DNA of 63,873 bases, filler included, from Intoshia linei (taxonomy: Eukaryota; Animalia; Orthonectida), in the NCBI GenBank assembly GCA_001642005.1. It is 6 parts of 6 records of this genome, joined end to end, with 100 filler letters (N's around TTAATTAATTAA, not from the genome) between each part and the next. Parts side by side here need not be neighbours in the genome. Positions count along the whole stretch, not along the records: positions 41,266 to 58,273 come from LWCA01000821.1; positions 58,374 to 60,800 come from LWCA01002314.1; positions 60,901 to 61,971 come from LWCA01002811.1; positions 62,072 to 63,873 come from LWCA01002500.1; 2 more parts are not named here. One strand, 5' to 3'. The notes beneath the pieces were generated by a model. It ran no database searches. It was not told the DNA's origin and worked only from the letters and a program-made list of their open reading frames with translations. The position numbers and the translations under genes are program-made. This document shows positions 53,720 through 63,873 of this stretch, one piece after another. Within the stretch, counting starts at the first letter, position 1. Every line of letters starts with the position of its first letter.

Positions 53720-54191
53720 TGTTAAAATAAATAACATTGAAAATGATAAAATAGGTTTTTATCATTATATTTTTTCTAGAATTTATGTTAATTATCACAA
53801 TTTTTAGGATTGGACTGTTTTTACTTTATTTTTAATATTATACACACATTTTGTCTAATAAAATTGGACTGTTTTTACTTTATTTTTAATATTATACACA
53901 CATTCTGTCTAATAAAATTAAAAAGTTTTAACTTTATTTTTAATATTATACACACATTCTGTCTAATAAATTAAAAAAATAATATAAAAATTGTTTTTAA
54001 AATTCTTTACGCAAATGTTAAAAAAAATTAAATGAAACATGTTTCGGAATCACTCCTGAACAAGGATTGATAATAGTGAATAGTAGGATTTTTAAGTTAG
54101 ATTTTCAACATGAACTTATTTTAGTAGAATAAAAATGTGCCCTCGACAGAGCTAGGTGCTGTGTGTACGTAGTACATAACAGTCAACCTAG
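53720..54191 (+). mobile_element. Helitron family 3' portion with internal tandem triplication
   Basis: ACTTTATTTTTAATATTATACACACATT.TGTCTAATAAA occurs three times (about 53810-53970); ends CTAG^T at 54191. Confidence 0.75.
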
Positions 54192-55112
54192 TATAATATA
54201 TTAGTATAATTTTGTTATAGCATATAAAAAAGGTCACTTTTCGAGCGTCTACTGTAGTATACATTTTTAATATAAATTTATTATACATGGTGCGCGCCAA
54301 AATTGTTCATTAACGCTAAGTGCGTGCTGCTGTAAAAAAAATCTTAAATAACCCTCCCCTTAAGATACATAAAATGAAAATATCATTAACAATAAATAAA
54401 TGCAAATGAATATTTACTTACAATTTTAAGTACAAATTCATGTAATAAAGTGCAATACATTCAAAATTTAAAATTTCCCGGTTATGAGTGCTCAACTCTG
54501 TATAAAAAAATGTTTTATACTATGATACCCTTAATTTTCTTGGTTATATATTATAGTATAACCTTTTTGTTGTAATAGTGAAGTTACACTTCAGTTGGAA
54601 CTGTTACTGTAACTTCACTTTAATATTAATAAACTTCTTAAAGCACAATTATTTGCATTTCTATTTTGATAATGTTAGATTCGGGCTTTAAGTCTACGAG
54701 ATTCATCGAACTTCAGATTTAATAATTTTATCTTTCATTGATACTATTACACTTTTAAAAAAAAATGAAGGCGAGTTGTAAAACTAAATGTTAACAATTC
54801 AATAGTACAAAAACATGTATGGTACAAAATGGAGACTGATTGAGGGAAAACTGTCTAAAAACGTATAACCAGTGGTTATACGGGTGATGAAGTTATAGTC
54901 CAAACACTATTCGAAATTCATTTTAACCTAATCCAATGAAGACTTAAAGTAAAAATAAAAACTAATAAGTCTCATGAGCAACTTTAAATCTTTGATTCTA
55001 AGGTATATAATAGATCTTAATAAAGTCATGACACTTTTGCTTATAACTAAATATTTACTAACTCTAGCATTATAATATAAATTTATAAATAATAAATTAT
55101 TCATTTTGCAGA

Positions 55113-56018
55113 ATGTTTTTATTTTGCGTATTTGCGCTATTTTGGAAATTGTCTTTTGAGACAGAAAATGTTATCAGAGTTGTCGTTGTAAGATTTATTA
55201 TTATTATTTTATACAAATGATAATTTTAAAATGCATTCATTATTAATTTAATATTGCCAATATCATAGTTATAAATGTAAATCAGTGATGGGAAGAATTT
55301 TCTTACCATGGTCAGTTTATGCAAATTTCTTCTGATGTGTACATTTTTTATTTTTGTTACTATTATTAGATAAAGATTTAGTTCAAAAAATTACAGTTGG
55401 TTACTTTATTCACCTTAATTTCAATGGAAAATAGACATTTGGGAAAAGTAATACCGCTTTGGCCATTGCTGATTTAACGTAATGTAGATGCCAGACATGA
55501 TGTATGATACATGTATTTATAATATAAATTATATATCGATGCATAATTAATAGATATAATGTAATTAATGTATAATAATATGTTTATCCCGTCCGTTTAA
55601 AATTTTTTAAAAAATAAGGCTTAAGATTTCAATTTTTGTTAATATTGTTTTTTAATCCGTTAATTAATCGTTCCTACCAATGTTAACATATATTATTATA
55701 ATATTATTAAATCGTATTTAATTATCTCTTAAATTTAAATACATTATATTATATTGTGTTTAAAATAAGTTTAATTAAGTTAAAAATGTGCATTATTATT
55801 AGTAAAACTGAAGGTTATTATAATTTAAAAAAAGTAACATTTACTGAAATGTAAATATGTATTATAAAATGTAAATGGTATTCATTGTTATATTAAATAT
55901 TTATATAATTTTTTAGATTGCTAGAAATGGAGAATTTTCAAATAATATTGAAAATAAAACGAATGACGCTATTGACTTGAATGATTTTTGGCCAAATGAT
56001 CATTCTACACTTTCGCAT
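55113..56018 (+). CDS. Possible histidine acid phosphatase-like secreted protein, first two exons (55113-55187, 55917-56018)
   Basis: Phase-0 splice gives MFLFCVFALFWKLSFETENVIRVVV|IARNGEFS..DFWPNDHSTLSH, resembling ..RHGDRSP..WPQGFGQLT of ACP2/ACPP; later exons not located. Confidence 0.45.
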
Positions 56019-57959
56019 GTAAATTTGAAAATTGATACTATTTTGTATACAGTAACATGTAAACATTGTGTATAAGGACAAAATTTAAATTAATAATTTA
56101 TTTTATATTATAAATTATTAATTTAAGTTTCTTGTAGTAAATATTAAAGAAAATAAATATATACAAGAACATATTTATATTCTCTATAAGCGAGAAATTA
56201 TGGTAACGCCTATACATAAATGATGGTATAGGAAAAAATTACGTAAAATTAAAAAAAAATATTTTTAAATTGTTCGTTTACAATTTGTCTTAAATTTTGC
56301 ATAATACACTTCATAACACTGCATAAATCTTGTGCAGAAAGTTATATGTATCATGTAATCTTACGATAAGAACAAAAATAATTTTCTCAAAAGTGTATTC
56401 TTATTAGGGTGTTTTAAAAAGTAGAAATTTTGCGAGTTTCTCATAGCCTTAATAAAAATTAAGCTAGTATTTATATTTAGAGTACTATGTGACTTTTATT
56501 TTTTCGTAAACGTTGGTGGTTATTTATTTGATTAAATTCTGGCAGCAATTCTGTATTCATTGAAAAAATTTTTTAATATATGTTCTATTCTCGTTTTTCC
56601 ATTAATATTAACCCTTACAAAATAATTGCATGTATAGATACCAAAAACTACACTCATAAATTTACATTGGTTTGTATATGTCGTATAGAATGTGTACAAC
56701 TGTGAAATGTACACTTTTTATAGGCAAGTAGTAGAATGTATAGTATACATTTCATGGATGACTCGTAGAATGTGTAGATTTCATGGATAAGTCGTAGAAT
56801 CTGTAAAATTTTCATTGATATCTTAATTTTAGTTTAATTTTGGGTTTTAGAAATTTTTTTTTAACCAAATTTTAAGGGGTGTTTCTTAGAATTTTTTTTA
56901 AACCAAACTTTATAAGGGAGGGGGGTTTAGGTATTTTTTTAATAGAACTTTATGAATGATTTTTTTAGAAATTTTTTTTGAAACAAACATTTATGAGGGA
57001 TTTTAAAGATTTTTTTTGGAACTAAACTATCAACAGGGGTTTCATCAAGCGATCATTTTGAATTCTGTATTTTCGAATTGTACAGTTGTTTTTTGTTGTA
57101 ACAGTTCCATAAATTAATTATAAATTTAATTCCAATTTAATTTCAATTTAACAATTGGAAAGAATGTGTATTTTAATTATAATTCGTGGAAAATTAAATT
57201 TAATTGAATTTATTGGAAATTTTGCATCTTAAAATTTTTTTTATCAAATTTAATATTTATGAGATTGTTTTACGGTGATTTGATAATTATTCAATGAAAA
57301 TATTTAAAAACTGTACTAAAATTTAGGGTGATAAAGTTTTAAATTTACAAAATAAATAAAAAGTATTCTTATTACATATTTTAGATATTATTTGAATCGT
57401 ATAAAACTTCAAATTTAAGTTAAATTCAGCAAAATATAAATATTTCCATGATTAAATTTAAAATTATTGAGTTAACAGATTAAGTTAGTAAATTAAGAAA
57501 TTTTCGGAGTAGCTAATTTAAATGTATACTCGTAAAATTTATGATATTGCAGTTGTTGTTATAGACGTGTATTAATTTTCTGGCAACTTTGGTTCTAGGG
57601 TTAATCAACTTAAAATTAATAATAATCATTAAAAATAATAATAATAAATCTCAGTTCAAAACGTTATGGGTATTTTTAAATTGCAGAGCAGGCCGATGTT
57701 TTAGTAATAATATTAAAAACAAACACTACAAATGTTATTTTATTGTATTTCTCATACCGTACGGTGCTGTATTTTTTAATTTTTAAAATTTGATCAAAAA
57801 GTTAACACCTTAATCCATATACGATGAGGAGGAGGGTAAATATAACATAATCAGGCATGTCATAAAATAATTGGAAGCGCAATTACTGCATAAAATTAAT
57901 GCAAGTACTATATAGTATATTCAATTATAATTTTATACTTATATATTTATGATTATAAC

Positions 57960-58273
57960 CAGAGGTGAAAAGCAGTTGACAAAACCGGGAGAATTGTGCG
58001 GTGGTTTTCCCGGTTGATGAAACGGTTGACAACGGTAGACAAAAAAGCAATTAAAAAAAAGTATTTAAAGTAGTAAATCATTTATTGCAACGTCTATTAA
58101 TTTTTAAGAATAGTATATCTTCAATTATATTGGAATTAAGCTTCGTCTTCTTTGAGCTGAAAACCATTCCTAGGTCCGACACAGCTCGTTCCACAGATAC
58201 CTGGGAAACCGGGATGGATAGAATGCTCTGTGCAATAATATTCAATTTTTTAAATTATATTGAATTATCTTTC
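57960..58273 (-). mobile_element. hAT transposase C-terminus and adjacent element end
   Basis: Minus strand reads IAQSILSIPVSQVSVERAVSDL..KTKLNSNIIEDILFL (hAT dimerisation domain); CAGAGGTG.. putative TIR at 57960. Confidence 0.75.
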
Positions 58274-60914
58274 NNNNNNNNNNNNNNNNNNNNNNNNNNN
58301 NNNNNNNNNNNNNNNNNTTAATTAATTAANNNNNNNNNNNNNNNNNNNNNNNNNNNNNNNNNNNNNNNNNNNNTTAATAATATAATATTTAATTACATTA
58401 TTATATTATAGATCCCAAATAAACATTATATTTAATATTATTATTACATGTTTAATATTTATCAATAATAACAATAACAATAATAATAATTACACACTAT
58501 AAATATATTTAAACATATTTTTGTATGTTTCATTTTCATTGATAAAATAATATAATTTACGTGCTATTAAAATATTTATAACATTAAGATGCATGTAAAT
58601 TTTCGATTTCCTAATCATATTTTTAATAGAAAATTAAAAAAATTTACTTGCTTCATTTTATATTCATATATAATTTATGATTTGTAATTTATAAAACAAA
58701 ATTTAGTCCAATTCGGAAAATACAAAAAATGTATAATTAAAATTATACAAAGGCATATGTATTATATATGTATTTTGTATTATGAATCATTTCTTAGTAA
58801 ATGACATAAATCACTCTTTCCTGAAGGGTTTTTTATAAAATTTTTATTCTAAACCAGTGGTTACCAATTCAAATAGTGTACGCATTTCATTTGCAAATAT
58901 TTTATTTTGTTTTTGACATCAATAAAACATGACATATAAAACATTGATGAAAAAGGTATAACCTTTTCTTAACACGATTTGGTAAAATCATGTAATAAAT
59001 ATTAAAAATTCTTTCATAAAAACAAACAAAAGTTGAAAAATTAAAAATTTTTCTTTATTTTATTTAAATTTTACGGACTCCAGGCATATTATTTTTGACC
59101 CATTCAGTACAGTGACCTTAACCGGTAACCATAGTTCTGGAGGTATCGTTTTTTCGTTTTTTATACCTTGAACTTTATGTTAAAGTGGGTTAAAATTATT
59201 ATCATTTTTTTAAACATGCTAAATAAGGTTTTTTATCAATTTTGAAAAATTTAAATTCATATTCATCAATTGATATTATTTCTACTTGACAATACAGGTA
59301 CCATAGATGTCTACTAAAGTTATGGGGTGTGCTTTATTTCAACAACAGTACTGTAGTACTCCATATTATAATATAACATAGTAATTATAAAAAAATTACA
59401 CACTTTGATAAAAAAAATAATTATAAATACAGTATATTCATTATGTCAAATGTAATTTAATATATAATGTCATAGTATGTAAATTCAAGGTGATAAAACA
59501 AAACAAAATTTTCTATTTTTTTTGTAAAATGACATCACTAATTGAGATTAGAAGGTGAAGGTAAACTCGATAAATCAATAATGAGATAATTGTAAAGTTA
59601 ATAATTTAGATATTTATCAATCTTTACCAGCTGAAAATAAATTATAAATAATTATGATTATATTATTTATTAACATTATATTATTTAATATAATTATTGT
59701 ATTAATATATATTAGTCATACATCCTAAAATAAAAATGATAGCTACGATGGAAATGTTTAAAATATAGTATAAATTTCGAAACTTTTTTTTTTTCATTAT
59801 TAACAATTGTAAATAATTAATTAACATATACAAAATAAACATATCACAACTTTATTATTGCCGGTAAAGACTTTTTAGGGTTGTAATTATGTTTGATTGT
59901 TTTTAAGTTCATACTCATTGTCTAATAAATTAAAAAGTAAACCATCGGCAGATCCAGGTGCTGTTTGTACGTAGTACATAACAGTCAAGCTAGATATACA
60001 TCAAAAAAACTATAGAATTATAAAATATCACGTTAAATATGAAAAACGACGCTATTTTCTGCAAATGTCAATATGTATTTATATTATAATAAATAGTTAT
60101 ATGAAAAATATATACCGACTAGTTTATTTAGTTGAACATTAGAGTATATTAGAATTATTACTATTTTCACTATCATATTAAAAATCATGACTCTTTACTT
60201 CCTTTTTTAAATTTCAATATAAATTAAATCAAATTGAAATTACATTGACATGTGAAATTGCTCATTCTATCTATTCAGTAACCTGAACTAACCAGATAAA
60301 AGTTAAATTTCATTAAAATAAAAACCTATACATTAGTATAAATATTATATCATGTTAATAATTTATTATGTATATTAATATATTACCCACTTTAAACATA
60401 AATCGCATGAAATACCGAAAATTATATTTAATTAAACAGTAAACTATTTAAATAATTGGATTAATTACAAACTATTAACGTAAAATATAAAAATAATATA
60501 ATAATTATTGACTATCTTTATGACATCAAAAATTATTTCCCTTTCAAAATTTCATTAAATTACACTGTATAGTAAATAATAAATTAATCGTTATTATTGT
60601 GTATTACTCACTCAACTTATTGTGCGTGTAGGTTCTATTCTATTGCAATTATAAAAAAATTGAAAAAAGTTGAATCCCTAAGATTTACTGAACATTAATT
60701 ACTAGTGCGCGTCACATAATTAGCATAAAATATTTTTTTAAATGTTGATCAGTTAAGTGTATATAATTTTTGATATTGAAGATGAATCTACTAAATTATT
60801 NNNNNNNNNNNNNNNNNNNNNNNNNNNNNNNNNNNNNNNNNNNNTTAATTAATTAANNNNNNNNNNNNNNNNNNNNNNNNNNNNNNNNNNNNNNNNNNNN
60901 TTTTTATAAATTTA

Positions 60915-61184
60915 AATTGATGATAATGTTTATGATTTTAAAATCCGTATCAGCATATATATTTTTTTAAATTTTCCAACTCGTTTAATTTTCAAAAAAA
61001 GGACAATTGGGGTTTTTGACACGTAAGATGTGAGTTTGGCAGGTGAAATTATGTTTGCGAACACCCTGAGATAAAAACTGTTATTGAAATGTTGACTTTA
61101 TAAAATTCTAAGAAGGGGAGTTATTTAAATAGAGCTGAACACACACACAAACAATAATCGCGTAGCATATTATATAAGTCAAGA
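60915..61184 (-). mobile_element. Helitron family 5' portion
   Basis: Reverse complement begins A^TCTTGACTTATATAATATG..TTGTTTGTGTGTGT, colinear with 42727-42990. Confidence 0.7.
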
Positions 61185-61191
61185 TATTTAG

Positions 61192-61733
61192 TTTGGACAG
61201 TAACGACAAAATAATGACATTTAAAAAAGATGGAACCTTACTAATAAATTTTTCAAATCAATTAAATCAAATTGTTAAAGATGTAAAACGAATTATATTC
61301 TGTGGATTTAAAATACCTCAAAATATTTTAGAATTGGCGGAATTTGCAAAAAGTTTGCATAGTTATGCAATTAAATTAAAACAGGTATTAAATGTACTTA
61401 TTAAAGATTTTATGAGTGTTTACCAAATGATGCTCTTCGACCCAAAAAGGGTCTGCGACGAAAATTGCTAAAAATATTCAAATATAAGGTTCTTCTTTCT
61501 TGCATACTGCAACAGAATCAGAGTCAAGATACTTAACTTATTAATATCATCAGATGGACCACTTATAAAATTTTTTTTGAGTATATGATATTGTAAATGC
61601 AAGATTGATAAAAAAATTAATTAATACTTTTAGATTTGTCACTTTTATAATACCATTCGTTCACAAATGAACACATTTCAAGAACCTCTAATGTTAAATG
61701 CAGCATTTCAGTTTGAAAATATAATTATCAAAG
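61192..61733 (+). CDS. DYNC2H1: Cytoplasmic dynein-2 heavy chain, two internal exons (61192-61384, 61634-61733)
   Basis: DGTLLINFSNQL..VKDVKRI..GFKIP..AIKLKQ|ICHFYNTIRSQM..PLMLNAAFQFENII matches DYNC2H1 (DGLLKVHYSDRL..LREVRQL..GFVIP..AIILKQVAHFYNSIDQQM..PMMLQSALAFEQII). Confidence 0.85.
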
Positions 61734-62752
61734 GTTACTATGTATTTATTAATACAATTATTATTTTATCTGATATACATATGTATTATAATTATAAATA
61801 ACTATATTGACTGTAACGACTACATACAATCAGGACCTAGATCTGCCAAGGGCACATTTTTATTCTACCAAAAAAATAAATTCACTTTGAAAATCTAAAT
61901 TAAAAATCCTACTATTTACTATTATTAATCCTTTAAAGGAGTGGTTCCCAAATTTGTTTCAGGTGGAACCANNNNNNNNNNNNNNNNNNNNNNNNNNNNN
62001 NNNNNNNNNNNNNNNTTAATTAATTAANNNNNNNNNNNNNNNNNNNNNNNNNNNNNNNNNNNNNNNNNNNNACTTTTACAAAAACCCCATTTTAAAATTA
62101 AAATTGATACACATAAAAGAAAATACAAGAATTCATACAACTCATCTAATATGAAATTACATATTAATAACATAATAAGTATTTAAATAATTCTTTTAAG
62201 CTATATTTAATTCATACGTATACAATAATACTACAATTAATTATACATACAGCTTTCATAACAATTATCATTAGGATTTATGTAATGGAATATGAGGTAC
62301 AACTTGTACTAGAACTACAACCACTATCATTCAGTCTGATTTTTTTTCTATTGGAATAATTAGTTGATTCTTTTTTTAATTTTAATAATTTTTCGTCTTG
62401 TTCACGTTTATTCTTTGTTATTAATTTTAATTCAAAATGAGTGTCATTTTCACACAAACCAGAACTTTGTATAATCTTATATGTTAAAAGAACACAAATA
62501 TCGAAATCTATATTGAAATGAATGTGATCCTATCTGTAAATTTGAGAGAAAATAAAAAAAGATTTTTTTAATCTCCCAAAAAATCTTTCCACGCATCCAC
62601 GCTTTGATGCTAATTTTGATTAATAGTGTATTTCGTCGGGTTTTACGAGTGAAGGACGATTGATTGCAAATTTTCTCAATTCGGGAGTCTCACAACTTGT
62701 AGTGATATCCGAAATAAAGAGGAAGATCGATTGTATTTTAAAAATATAAAAT

Positions 62753-63873
62753 TTATAGAAACAAATTTATTTTAATAATAAGTTTATCGTTCAAGTGTTC
62801 TGATACTATAGCAACGTTACATCTCCGCAATAAGTTGAGAATGGGGAGGGAGGGGCGAGAACGTTTCCGGTGGGGGTATTGTTCTTTAGAGGTAACCGAT
62901 TCATTTGGCATATAGTCAATATCGTAGCGAAAATTTTTTTTGACGCGTTTGTTGTAATTAGTTGTCATGTTCTTTAGATATTTTTTTCTGAATGAAATCA
63001 ATAATTTTTTTAAATAATCCAACTTTGTTTTATTTTTATTCTTATCCACAAGGGAGTTAAAATTGTGAATAATTTCTAAAGGGGGTAGATTATTGCGATA
63101 TGTAGGAGAGAACCTGAGACTTGCCATGATTGAGTGCAGGTGAGTGTCCCATTGAGAAAAATCTTCCTTGCATAAAATTCTTAATTTTTCGCGGATTGTG
63201 CGATTTGCTCTTTCAACCATTCCAATTTGGGAATAAACATATGCTTCCGCAAATGTGTTATGTCCAACTGACTACATAACTTGTTCATCAATGAACTTGT
63301 AAACTGTGTTCCTTGATCTGTCTGGAGTTATTTCAATGGAACGTAACGTGTTATTATATTTTCCCAAATTGCTTTAATAATTGTCTCCGTTGTGATATCT
63401 TTAACTGCCACTAACTCCGGCCAACAGTTAAAGTGATCTATCATTGAAATGATATATTTTTTTCCTTTAATGCTTGTAGTAAAAGGTCCTAAAACATCTA
63501 CTTGCCATAAATCATTAAAATTATTAATTTCAACAGTTTTTAAAGGCTTATACAGCTTATGATTCTGAATTTTCGATAGATGACAGGATTCGCAATTTCG
63601 AACAAAATCTCGTACCTTTTCAAATATTCTTGGAAAAAATACATTTCTTTTAATGATCTTAGCTAATTTTGATACACCAGGGTGTACGTATAGCTTTGAC
63701 TCGTGGTAATGTCTAATAATATCCACTGACATATTACATGGTACAATAGGTACGTGCGCTGGAAATCTCTGAGAAAAATGTAAAACATCGTCACGTATAG
63801 TTATGTTGGTTCGATATTTATAGTATTGATTATTTTTGGATAAAGTTCCGTTATTTAAAATAAAATTACGCAA
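62753..63873 (-). mobile_element. Ty3/gypsy integrase fragment (degraded)
   Basis: H..HPG..C..C zinc finger, WQVDVLGPF, MIDHF..WPE, MVERANRT; frameshifts between the two ORFs. Confidence 0.9.

Noticed and set aside
62260-62740. Possible Harbinger transposase remnant (KLASKRGCVERF..) on the minus strand
   Set aside because: One short frameshifted motif; insufficient to call.

Overview
Very AT-rich eukaryotic (metazoan) genomic DNA, not prokaryotic. It is a concatenation of six contigs joined by five identical 100-nt artificial spacers (N44-TTAATTAATTAA-N44), so adjacency across the spacers is unproven. Genes have many tiny (about 30-45 nt) GT-AG introns plus larger introns inflated by transposons. 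Together with a cytoplasmic dynein-2 fragment (implying cilia), this fits a compact, highly derived animal genome, for example an orthonectid-like parasite (inference only). Genes reconstructed by manual splicing and recognised from remembered motifs (no database search): hyccin/FAM126, CCDC47, a CDK1/2-family kinase with PCSAIRE, intronless SMU1, an SLC6 transporter pseudogene, a ZDHHC17/HIP14-type palmitoyltransferase, two tandem signal-peptide cyclophilins (one intact, one with a wrecked active site), the 5' part of a USP9/fat facets-like gene, several orphan secreted proteins, a possible catalytically dead histidine acid phosphatase, and two DYNC2H1 exons. The rest is transposon debris: an abundant non-autonomous Helitron family (about 18 3' termini), hAT and Tc1/pogo-type MITEs with target-site duplications, foldback-like repeats and Ty3/gypsy fragments. 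I saw no CRISPR array, rRNA or tRNA, and I cannot demonstrate a wholly new biological system. The best leads are the secreted pseudo-enzymes and orphans, the atypical CDK, and the Helitron architecture.
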